DNA of 64,000 nucleotides from IMG/VR virus record IMGVR_UViG_3300008266_009503, positions 9,671 through 73,670 of that record; one strand, 5' to 3'. Position numbers and translations under genes: made by a program. The notes under the pieces were generated by a model. The model was not told the DNA's origin, made no database searches, and saw nothing but the letters and a program-made list of their open reading frames with translations. Shown here piece after piece: positions 26,037 through 34,234 of this stretch. The first letter of the stretch is position 1, and every line of letters begins with the position of its first letter. This DNA is from a virus.

Positions 26037-26744
26037 TTACTTTACAGCTAAGTCAATATTCTTATAGAACTCCGCTCTTGCTGAATCTTCTTCTAAGAAA
26101 CATCCTGATAGCTTTGTGGTTTGCATAGAAGCACCTTGGTGTTTAATTCCTCTACAACTAACACAGTTATGAGTAGCATTTACCATGACAGCTACACCTA
26201 GGTTCCCTTCGCAGATTTTATTTACAGCATTGTGTATAGCTACAGTCAACTGTTCTTGAATTGCTCCCCTTCTTCCAAAATGCTCTACAATACGGTTCAG
26301 CTTACTCAACCCTACCACTCTTCCGTTCTCACTAGGGATATACGCAATCGATACAAGACCAGAAATCGTTTCATGATGGTGACTACAAACACTAGTAACA
26401 GGTATATTACTTTCCTGCACTATTCCGGTATATCCATCACTAGGAAAACTTGTTATCTCCGCTAGAGGATTAAACCTGCCGGCGAATTTATCATTTACAT
26501 AAGCTTTAGCTACTCTTCTCGGAGTATTAGAACTATTAGGATCATTCTCCCAATCCACACCCAATGCAGTTAAGAAGTTACCGTAATGCTTTGCTGCTTC
26601 TTCAATAATATAGTACTTATCGCTATCAGTCAGGGAGTGCTCTCCTCTTAAAATAGCATCTCTTAGGTAAGTACTAATACCATTAGCATGACCTGCTTGC
26701 GCTAATTCTAATTCTTCGATGTTTATGTGTTTGTCTCTATTCAT
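26037..26744 (-). CDS. folE: GTP cyclohydrolase I
   Basis: TPRRVAK, CSHH, GLSKLNR, QE, H.C..CRG. Confidence 0.95.
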   Translation of the reverse strand: MNRDKHINIEELELAQAGHANGISTYLRDAILRGEHSLTDSDKYYIIEEAAKHYGNFLTALGVDWENDPNSSNTPRRVAKAYVNDKFAGRFNPLAEITSFPSDGYTGIVQESNIPVTSVCSHHHETISGLVSIAYIPSENGRVVGLSKLNRIVEHFGRRGAIQEQLTVAIHNAVNKICEGNLGVAVMVNATHNCVSCRGIKHQGASMQTTKLSGCFLEEDSARAEFYKNIDLAVK

Positions 26745-26751
26745 ACGTATT

Positions 26752-27270
26752 TTATAAGTAATTAGAAATTTGATTTAGACGCTGTTCTACCGTTCCTGTT
26801 AAAGTTACGATTTTTTCTGCAGGAATATGCTCCTTAATAAAATCTTGTATAACTCTATCAATCTTAACCTGTAATTCCTGCCAAACACCGCCTGGCCTTT
26901 CGTCGTCTATTACGTAGTCAAACTCAATAGGAATATAGAAAAAGTATTCCACTTGGTGCTTAGTTTGCTGAAATAGCTCTAACATTCCAGTAACATCCAC
27001 GTCAGGAGCTACAATTTGAGAGTATATAATACAGTCTACAATACTTCGAGTACTTATTACATTCTTATGAGATAAGTAATTTTGATAAGCCCAAGCAGAT
27101 AATTCGTTAATTACAAACTGCTTTTCGTTATTAGTAAACTCTAAGTATTTAGCAATCTTAGTAACAGGCCTTGAGAATCCGTCTGTAACGTAGTAATCAG
27201 GAAACCGAGTAGGTACTTCCTTAAGTAAGGTAGTTTTACCGGTTCCATGCGAACCAATTAGTATTTTCAT
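26752..27270 (-). CDS. P-loop NMP-kinase-like protein (AAA_28/thymidylate kinase-like)
   Basis: GSHGTGKTTL; RSIVD..IYS; DD.R lid region. Confidence 0.75.
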   Translation of the reverse strand: MKILIGSHGTGKTTLLKEVPTRFPDYYVTDGFSRPVTKIAKYLEFTNNEKQFVINELSAWAYQNYLSHKNVISTRSIVDCIIYSQIVAPDVDVTGMLELFQQTKHQVEYFFYIPIEFDYVIDDERPGGVWQELQVKIDRVIQDFIKEHIPAEKIVTLTGTVEQRLNQISNYL

Positions 27271-27298
27271 GAGAATGTTTTAGTAAAAGTAAGTACCT

Positions 27299-27856
27299 TT
27301 ATTCGAAGTTCCAATTATTTTTGAAAAATCTTATCCAGGAATCGAGGGAAGTTCCGCGAAGTAGGTTGTACATATCGTCTAAACTCTGTGCAGTATTTGA
27401 AATAGCAGCGAATCTCACTACCTCTCCTTCGTCAACTCCTTCTGTTACTTTGTGTACTACAGATCCGATAGTATCATACTTTCCTTCCCAAGCCCTGATT
27501 TGAGGATCTTTTCCTTTTAACTCTGGAAAATAAGTAATCAGTCCAGGATGTCCGTTGTAAATCTTGCCAGTTAAGTACTGAAATAACTCTGGAGGTAGTA
27601 TTCTCAAAAAGCCATGCAACGTAATTAACTTCTTTTCTAGTAGTTCTGGAATAAGATAATCTTCTAGAGTAGGTCTAAACGGCATCTCTTTTACGGTCAC
27701 CCCTAATTCTACAAGAGATTTTAAGGTCTCTAGGGGCATCTTACGTATGTTATTGGTAATAAGAAGACTGGGGAGAAACCCAGTCTCTTTACTTATAGCA
27801 ATAACTTCTGATCCGGTCTGCGAGATAAGTACTCCCCAGTCTTTACATACTTTCAT
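27299..27856 (-). CDS. dpdN: PurN-like formyltransferase, probable preQ1 formyltransferase
   Basis: LISQTGS, GFLRIL, YNGHPG, VH.VTEGVDEG (N/H/D triad); abuts queF. Confidence 0.75.
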   Translation of the reverse strand: MKVCKDWGVLISQTGSEVIAISKETGFLPSLLITNNIRKMPLETLKSLVELGVTVKEMPFRPTLEDYLIPELLEKKLITLHGFLRILPPELFQYLTGKIYNGHPGLITYFPELKGKDPQIRAWEGKYDTIGSVVHKVTEGVDEGEVVRFAAISNTAQSLDDMYNLLRGTSLDSWIRFFKNNWNFE

Positions 27857-28776
27857 TACTGTCCCATTGCTTTTTTAGTGTAATAGTTTTTAGACCTTAA
27901 AGCTACCGGAATAAGTGCTTCTTTACTTGCACGTACTGGACAGATATCTAGAGACCCTCTTCGTGCATAAAGTAGCATTACGCAGCAATCCTGTACTAGA
28001 GGGTTAGACATAATCTCAGTATAGAGCTTTTCTGCACAAAACTCATGAAACTCGTTTACTTCCCGTAGGGAGATAACTAACTTCAAAAGTTCTTTTTCTT
28101 TAATTGATCCTTCTTTAGTTATAATCTGAAAATAAGCAGCTCCAGTATCTTTTTGCTTTGTATGCCTGCAGCGAGACCTAAGTATGTTAGTAAAGAAAGA
28201 GATATCTTCACTTGCTTCACCGTCTTGTGCTACAATCTCATACTTCCCTGAAGCGTTGTAGTCGCTTATTTCCATAGAAGCTAATTCTTTATCCGAAATA
28301 TAACCGTATAGATCAATAAAACCTTCTGTTGGGTTACCTTCTAGCATTTCATCGTCTCCAGAACCGAAGAAAGCGACTTCTACGGGGGCTCCAATACAGG
28401 CGCTAATATCCTTCTTTACTTGGTTTTCATAATTAGCAACAGCTTCAGGAATAGTAGCTCCCATCTTACACATGTCAAACGTATTCAAGTAGAGCTTAAA
28501 GGATTTAGACTCTACCATAAATTCAGAACTTGCAGGACATACTATTTTCAATGTACCTGCTAGAGGAAGACCATTGTTAAGCAGGAAAGTAGCTTCGTGG
28601 CAATGCCATACATCATATCCTACAAATTCATCTCCTTTAATACCCCAATCTTGACGTGCAAGAATACGCGGCATAGGATTAAGTTGTGAAGCATCAAACT
28701 GGTCTGTATAGACAGCATACGAGTTGGCCGAGCCAAGAGATTTAGCGGCGGCATCTGACATGTTATTAATTGACAT
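27856..28776 (-). CDS. queF: preQ0 reductase QueF (bimodular)
   Basis: VESKSFKLYLN motif, SRC..T.Q.D, EFHE.C.E, Y.RRG.LDI.P.R. Confidence 0.9.
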   Translation of the reverse strand: MSINNMSDAAAKSLGSANSYAVYTDQFDASQLNPMPRILARQDWGIKGDEFVGYDVWHCHEATFLLNNGLPLAGTLKIVCPASSEFMVESKSFKLYLNTFDMCKMGATIPEAVANYENQVKKDISACIGAPVEVAFFGSGDDEMLEGNPTEGFIDLYGYISDKELASMEISDYNASGKYEIVAQDGEASEDISFFTNILRSRCRHTKQKDTGAAYFQIITKEGSIKEKELLKLVISLREVNEFHEFCAEKLYTEIMSNPLVQDCCVMLLYARRGSLDICPVRASKEALIPVALRSKNYYTKKAMGQ

Positions 28777-28796
28777 AAACTTTGTTTTTTATTAAA

Positions 28797-29459
28797 TTAA
28801 GGTATTTTATTTAACTTTCCAACTTTTTTATAAGGACCTCTAGGCTTGCTAATCCGTTTTTTTCGAATTACTAACCTCATCTTTTCTTTTGTTTCTTCAG
28901 AATGGACGTATTTACCTACGTTACCTTTGTTATTGCTAGGCTTTCCTTTCTTGCTTTCAGACATCTTTTTTTTAGTTTCGTCCGAGCGTTTTTTATCCCT
29001 ATTACTCTGCTTTATTTTTTCAATCGTCTCTCTAGAATGAAATTTACCTAGCATACCTCTAGAAGGATTTTGCTTAGCTATTTCAGATCTTTTAAGCCTT
29101 GCTGCTTGAGATAGTGTTCTATCTGATTTAGAAAAAAGTTCTTTCGCTTCTTCGTATACCCTGTTACCAGCCTTACCTCTCTTCTGGTACTGGTTCCCGC
29201 TATTACACATTTTGTAAAAAGTGTAGACTGCTTTCTTATTTGTAGGGTATATTCGTGCTAGTAGCCAATGACATAAAAAATGCTCTCGAGCAGTTAACAG
29301 TACAAGGTTAGGATGCCATTTCCATTGATGGGCTTTTCCTTCTCCGCCTAAAAACTTAGGACGTATATGGTGAGCTTCGTAGTAAGACCCGTTTCCCCTA
29401 CTACGGCACTCTTTCTTAGCTTTTTCAATAATCTGATCGTAAATTTTTTGATAGTCCAT
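28797..29459 (-). CDS. HNH homing endonuclease with NUMOD3 repeats
   Basis: YEAHHIRP...GG....NLVLLTAREHFLCH.LL; HS.ET..K repeats. Confidence 0.9.
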   Translation of the reverse strand: MDYQKIYDQIIEKAKKECRSRGNGSYYEAHHIRPKFLGGEGKAHQWKWHPNLVLLTAREHFLCHWLLARIYPTNKKAVYTFYKMCNSGNQYQKRGKAGNRVYEEAKELFSKSDRTLSQAARLKRSEIAKQNPSRGMLGKFHSRETIEKIKQSNRDKKRSDETKKKMSESKKGKPSNNKGNVGKYVHSEETKEKMRLVIRKKRISKPRGPYKKVGKLNKIP

Positions 29460-29554
29460 ACAGTAAAAAATTGGCTCTTAGTCTAAGAGAGTACGGCAAT
29501 ACTCAATTAAACCTCGAGCCAAAAGTTTATAGCTGTTGCCGCAGCTTTTACTGT
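29460..29554 (-). ncRNA. Multi-stem leader RNA with kissing loops upstream of the HNH gene
   Basis: ACAGTAAAA/TTTTACTGT closing stem; AGCTG-CGGCAA-CAGCT; TTGGCTC/GAGCCAA; GAGTA-TTGCCG-TACTC; the two loops are exact complements. Confidence 0.75.
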
Positions 29555-29570
29555 AATAAATATTTAAAAG

Positions 29571-30347
29571 CTACAAATAATTTCTAAAAGTTTTTACGTT
29601 TTTAAAAATTAAATCTAACTGCTCTTCTTTTAACTCGATATCAAGATTATCAGCAAGCTTAGCTTTAGGTTTAGGAGTAGTTAACCCGTGAGGACCTAGT
29701 TCACTACCTACCCACCCGTTTACGACAGGGGAACTTGTATCTAGGGAATATATGAGGTTAGTTATATGCCTCTGATTATACTTATAGAGTATAAATTCGA
29801 CAGGGTTTTGACATCCTAGTAGGTGGAATTTAGGCATTTTACCTGAAAACTTAAACCTATTAGCATACCACCAGTTTAGAAACCTAAACCTAACTGTTAC
29901 GTAATCTGAATCAGGTACTAGATCAAAAGGTAATGCAATAATATCTACATTTTTTTGCATATACAAATCAATGCAATCAGCAATTTGATCAAAAGTCTCT
30001 CCTTGACATACGCCGATATAATTTAACTTATCAGACGCAAACTCATCGAGGTATTTTATAGCATTGCTTACGGTCTGATCATGATCGTTTACCTTATCCG
30101 GAAGTACGAGGTGAGTAGGCTTGTACGCCTCTCCTAACTCATATAACTCTTCCATTGGAATAGACTGCCCTAATTCAAAAGCAGAATTGTCTAGGATAGA
30201 ATAAGGGGCTGTTTGTAACTTCTCTTTATAAAACTCTGCATACTCCTTATCTTGATTTAGCAAATGACCTAACACGTAAGGGTAATCGCTAATTAAATCG
30301 TGGTAAGGAAATAACTGCTTTGGAATTTCGTGACTAATCTGTATCAT
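29571..30347 (-). CDS. dpdA: DpdA-like (TGT-fold) 7-deazaguanine transglycosylase, probably the DpdA3-type
   Basis: LDNSAFE, LPD, GVCQG, HLLG, SLDTSSP echo TGT-family motifs; lies between queF and queC. Confidence 0.7.
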   Translation of the reverse strand: MIQISHEIPKQLFPYHDLISDYPYVLGHLLNQDKEYAEFYKEKLQTAPYSILDNSAFELGQSIPMEELYELGEAYKPTHLVLPDKVNDHDQTVSNAIKYLDEFASDKLNYIGVCQGETFDQIADCIDLYMQKNVDIIALPFDLVPDSDYVTVRFRFLNWWYANRFKFSGKMPKFHLLGCQNPVEFILYKYNQRHITNLIYSLDTSSPVVNGWVGSELGPHGLTTPKPKAKLADNLDIELKEEQLDLIFKNVKTFRNYL

Positions 30348-30350
30348 CTT

Positions 30351-31208
30351 TTATTTATTATGTTCTGCTAATACATTTTCAACGTGTGCTCTAGCTACTT
30401 CCCAGCTAACAGGACCTCTTTCATCAGCATAATCTACAGGATCAGGACGTCCTAGTTTAATAAATGCTTCAATACGCTCTACTGATGCTGCTGATTTATA
30501 GTCGCTAAACCAGTACCCTTCTTTCGATTCATACAGAACTATGTCTCCATCTAATGTCTGAGCTTTAGGAATCCAAATAGGTTTATAGCTTGTATTGGTT
30601 CTTTTGTATACTTCATCAAAGTTAATACCAAGCTTCTCACAACACTCGAGACCGTCTTTTAAAATATCGAACTTATTAACTTCCAAATAAGGCGTGTAAT
30701 AAGAAACGCGATCAGCATGCCAGTTACCAACCCTAAAAGCGGTATCATCTGCATCACGGAATTCTTGACGGCAGTCCGGGTAGATAGCATGATCGCCTGC
30801 ATGAATACCCATAGCGATTTTAACTTCTGTTTCATTTTTAGTGGCAATTGATAAAGCTACCGCCTGAATAAGCGAGCTAAAAATTTTATTACGGTTAGGT
30901 ACTACAGTATCTTTCATATTATCCTGTTCGTAGTGTCCTTCGGGTATATCCCATCCGCCTTCTACAAGGGCTGAATTGAGTAGTTGAGTAATACCGTCAA
31001 TCTTAATTACCTGGTGTCTCACATAAGGAGTAGTACAGTCTGAATTAAGATACTCGATCAGAGATTTAGCTCTTTCAAGCTCTACTCTATGTTTTTGTCC
31101 GTAGTCAAAGCTAAGAGCTGTTACTTCATAACCGTTTGCAAGAAGGTGAAGAAGGAGAGAACTTGAGTCCATTCCACCTGACAGTGATAATACTGCTTGT
31201 TTTTTCAT
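30351..31208 (-). CDS. queC: 7-cyano-7-deazaguanine synthase
   Basis: SGGMDS, YGQKH, VPNRN, D...YPDCR. Confidence 0.93.
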   Translation of the reverse strand: MKKQAVLSLSGGMDSSSLLLHLLANGYEVTALSFDYGQKHRVELERAKSLIEYLNSDCTTPYVRHQVIKIDGITQLLNSALVEGGWDIPEGHYEQDNMKDTVVPNRNKIFSSLIQAVALSIATKNETEVKIAMGIHAGDHAIYPDCRQEFRDADDTAFRVGNWHADRVSYYTPYLEVNKFDILKDGLECCEKLGINFDEVYKRTNTSYKPIWIPKAQTLDGDIVLYESKEGYWFSDYKSAASVERIEAFIKLGRPDPVDYADERGPVSWEVARAHVENVLAEHNK

Positions 31209-31260
31209 TGTTAAAATAATTAAAATATAGAGCGTATTATTTTATGAATCGATTAGCTCT

Positions 31261-31473
31261 TTAACCGATTTTTTTATCTTCTTTCTTACTAATCTCCTGC
31301 TGCATAGATATTATTTGTGCAGCTAGACTAGCAGCTAAAGTTCCGAGCTGGGTCCAGAGATGGTCGCATTCTTTTTGAAACTTAAAAATTACTCTCCACT
31401 GCCAAACTTGTATAGCCATTAGGATTAAAATAATAGCTACATAAACGTGTTCAGAACCTATTGTAAATGTCAT
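31261..31473 (-). CDS. Small membrane protein
   Basis: N-terminal TM segment. Confidence 0.6.
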   Translation of the reverse strand: MTFTIGSEHVYVAIILILMAIQVWQWRVIFKFQKECDHLWTQLGTLAASLAAQIISMQQEISKKEDKKIG

Positions 31474-31485
31474 ACTATAAAGATA

Positions 31486-31740
31486 CTACTTCTCTTCTGA
31501 ATTAGCAACTGTCTCTCTCATAAAGTTATAAGCTTCTGGAGTTCCTGGAAAAGCTATAAAATTAGGTTCATTCATAGCTCTTTGTAGAATCTTAATAGTC
31601 AAATCTCTATTACGGGCATCTATCATAAGAGGTTCAAAAACAAATTCAGTATTAGAACCTTTCTTACGAACTAAGTAGTAGAGGCTTCCTGCGCCTACAT
31701 GCTTAATTGCTTCGTAAAAACTTTCAGCTGTTGTTTGCAT
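31486..31740 (-). CDS. Hypothetical protein
   Basis: Packed ORF. Confidence 0.6.
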   Translation of the reverse strand: MQTTAESFYEAIKHVGAGSLYYLVRKKGSNTEFVFEPLMIDARNRDLTIKILQRAMNEPNFIAFPGTPEAYNFMRETVANSEEK

Positions 31741-31966
31741 AATATAGGTGTCTTACTTTTTTTCCTAGTTCTTGATCGTTAGGTGTATCGTGAATTATCT
31801 TCTTTGGAATGAAGAAATGTGTCTTTTCTTCTGGGTTATCGTAGCAAAGTCTGCAGAGTTGACCCATTCCTTTAATGTAGCCGTATCTAAAATCAATGTG
31901 AGTATCGACAGTGTATGGAGTTTCACCTCCACATATTATACAATTTTCTGTTTGTGGCATATTCAT
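31724..31966 (-). CDS. Small Zn-finger protein
   Basis: CIICG...R.GY..G.GQLC..C. Confidence 0.7.
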   Translation of the reverse strand: MNMPQTENCIICGGETPYTVDTHIDFRYGYIKGMGQLCRLCYDNPEEKTHFFIPKKIIHDTPNDQELGKKVRHLYYANNS

Positions 31967-32069
31967 TGGTTTTTATCTTGTTTATCTGCATACCACATGG
32001 CTAACTTCAACATACCTAGCGGTACTGCAAAGGTTACTACTACTCCTAATATTAGATAAGGAACATTCA

Positions 32070-32906
32070 CTATACATTCAATGTTTTATTCCAAGCAGCA
32101 ATATGTAATCTAGTCAATCCACGGAATTTATATTTCTTAGCCATTTCAAGAACGAACTGTGTACGCTCTTCAAAGTTAGCTACATCATCCAAACCAGGCA
32201 TGCAAACTACATTTTTAAGAGGTATGCTAAATGGTACGACAAAGTCCCTAAAAAGTTCCAATACATCTTCTTCATTGCTGATTACGAATTTAAATTGATA
32301 ATTTTTATGTTCCATTACTCGCCTAATAGCGGCTTCGTTGATACGTTGTTTAGCTTCTAGTCCTGAATTGGATAGCTTGGGTGAGCAGTTAATTTGATCA
32401 AGCATAGTGAATAGCTTGTCTTCAATTTTAACTGTACCGTTTGTTTCAATTTCATAGAACGGACTAACAGTATTATCAAGATGTTTACCTAACCAGTAGT
32501 TAGTGAAGTTAACAATTGCTTGCTGATGACCTTTAATTGTTGGTTCTCCACCCGTCCAAATAATATGAATTACACCGTTTAGAATATCATCGTAAATACC
32601 TTCATCTTTCCAGCGTTTAATTAGATAGTCAAATTCTTTATCTTCGCCTCTCCACAACCATTGGCTTGTAGAATCACAAGTCCAAGTTGCTTTACCTTCA
32701 GCCTGTAAATCACCGACGAATATTTCACCGTCTTCAAGCTTTTGTTCTTTAGCAAGTTGGTTAGCAAACTGACGAGACATTCCGCAAGTTAAGTTACAGA
32801 TACCTAGACGAACAAAGTAAGAAGGTACTCCAGAGGAGATTCCCTCTCCTTGTACAGAATAAAAGTCTGAACTAATTAAAAGTTTACTTGAATCTATTTT
32901 ACTCAT
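32070..32906 (-). CDS. queE: 7-carboxy-7-deazaguanine synthase (radical SAM)
   Basis: FYSVQGEG, FVRL..CNLTC...CDS, TGGEP, IETNGT, SPKL, RLH. Confidence 0.92.
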   Translation of the reverse strand: MSKIDSSKLLISSDFYSVQGEGISSGVPSYFVRLGICNLTCGMSRQFANQLAKEQKLEDGEIFVGDLQAEGKATWTCDSTSQWLWRGEDKEFDYLIKRWKDEGIYDDILNGVIHIIWTGGEPTIKGHQQAIVNFTNYWLGKHLDNTVSPFYEIETNGTVKIEDKLFTMLDQINCSPKLSNSGLEAKQRINEAAIRRVMEHKNYQFKFVISNEEDVLELFRDFVVPFSIPLKNVVCMPGLDDVANFEERTQFVLEMAKKYKFRGLTRLHIAAWNKTLNV

Positions 32907-33098
32907 TTATAAAAATTTTTCTTTTTTAAGTTTATTATAAGTTGCGTTAGCTATAGCCAAAGTCCATAACACAAAGCATAGCCTTCCAATCCATCCCCAA
33001 CTAACAATACTAGACTCCCATGTTATAAGAGCTATGCAAATATAAGGTACAACTATAGCACCAACGGCTATTAGACAATAGACTAAGAACTTTCTCAT
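32907..33098 (-). CDS. Small membrane protein (2 TM)
   Basis: Two hydrophobic helices. Confidence 0.6.
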   Translation of the reverse strand: MRKFLVYCLIAVGAIVVPYICIALITWESSIVSWGWIGRLCFVLWTLAIANATYNKLKKEKFL

Positions 33099-33220
33099 CT
33101 GAATAATGTTTTTATATAGGTGAATATAGGATTTAATTGGGGTGTTTCCAACAAAAAAGCAGCAAGTGAGGGATGACTATCTCCACAAAAGCCTAGTGTG
33201 TGACTAATTACTTCTACCAT
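33095..33220 (-). CDS. 41-aa peptide (not in ORF track)
   Basis: MVEVISHTLGFCGDSHPSL...; its stop overlaps the next ATG (ATGA). Confidence 0.55.
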   Translation of the reverse strand: MVEVISHTLGFCGDSHPSLAAFLLETPQLNPIFTYIKTLFR

Positions 33221-33223
33221 AGT

Positions 33224-33538
33224 TTATTTATAATGTTGTAACTTAGCTCTATACTTATCAATCTGAATTTGACAATACCATTTACCTAACCAGCTACTAG
33301 CTTCAGCGTACTTTTTTTCCCACTTTTCTATATTCCTGAATACAGGTCTATTTGCTTTATTAATAATGTCTATATCGTAGTAGCTATCATTTTCTAACAT
33401 ACTCTCTTCCCAATGCCCTTCTGTATAGGGAGGAGGAGCTTGTTCAGCCTTTTCAATAAATTCTTTTTTCTTACTGTTCTTGGTAGATTTTTTATTCTGC
33501 ATATATGGCGGTATTTTTACTGTGTTCCATAAATTCAA
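33224..33538 (-). CDS. Hypothetical protein (true start probably internal, MQNKK)
   Basis: Packed ORF. Confidence 0.6.
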   Translation of the reverse strand: MNLWNTVKIPPYMQNKKSTKNSKKKEFIEKAEQAPPPYTEGHWEESMLENDSYYDIDIINKANRPVFRNIEKWEKKYAEASSWLGKWYCQIQIDKYRAKLQHYK

Positions 33539-33956
33539 CCTTTGCAGCCCGTACTCTACCCTCGGTCTCTACCTGTACAAAAGTATTAATTTTCTCAAAA
33601 ATAAATTTTGCAAATTGCTCCGCTCCGACGCCAGGAATAACTCTTAATTGAATAATACCTTGCTCATGCATTTTTTGAAATTCTGACAAGAAAGGATCGT
33701 CTTCGGCTACAAGGGTTGTATGGTCGAACATATAATCCATCCACGCTTTAGGATTCATTCCGTCGATAGTACCTTGAGCACGTTTCATACCTCCGAAATC
33801 CCAAACCCAATTACGGTGATCTAAATCACCCTGAAACCATACTCTAAAGGATATTCCATATCCATGCATGAACCTGCAGTGGGTACCTGCTGCTTTCCAT
33901 TGACGGAATACACAACTATAACCGTCAAAAACTTTTGTTGATTGAAACTTAGGCAT
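33492..33956 (-). CDS. queD: 6-carboxytetrahydropterin synthase (PTPS/QueD family)
   Basis: HCRFMHGY, WDFG, FDH, E.FA, V..MEH.KN.A.Y. Confidence 0.88.
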   Translation of the reverse strand: MPKFQSTKVFDGYSCVFRQWKAAGTHCRFMHGYGISFRVWFQGDLDHRNWVWDFGGMKRAQGTIDGMNPKAWMDYMFDHTTLVAEDDPFLSEFQKMHEQGIIQLRVIPGVGAEQFAKFIFEKINTFVQVETEGRVRAAKVEFMEHSKNTAIYAE

Positions 33957-33999
33957 TTTAATAACTTTTTAATAAGATGGGATATACCTTTACTTAAAT

Positions 34000-34203
34000 T
34001 TACGGTTTTTCTTCTAAATAAGCAAATTTTTCTGCTACTTTATCGCTATTTCTTTTATGTCTTGGTTCAAAAGGACAGCTAGAGCATCCATTTCCACAGC
34101 ACTTACCTCTTTGAATGTGAAAAAGGGCAGTAAATATAATCTGCCCTCTCTCTTTGTGGTAGTGAATTTCTTCTATAAAACCGTCTCTATAATGTGGTTG
34201 CAT
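34000..34203 (-). CDS. Small Cys-rich protein (DUF5522-like)
   Basis: FT..FH..RG.CCGNGC..CPF. Confidence 0.75.
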   Translation of the reverse strand: MQPHYRDGFIEEIHYHKERGQIIFTALFHIQRGKCCGNGCSSCPFEPRHKRNSDKVAEKFAYLEEKP

Positions 34204-34234
34204 AGTAGTTTGTACCTATTTTAATTTTTACTAG

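Noticed and set aside
27299-27856. purN as a purine-synthesis auxiliary gene
   Set aside because: No other pur genes are present, and its position against queF favours preQ1 formylation.
26037-33956. que genes serving tRNA queuosine synthesis
   Set aside because: No queA or queG/queH and no canonical tgt in the window; a DpdA-like gene and polA linkage point to DNA modification, though this is not proven.
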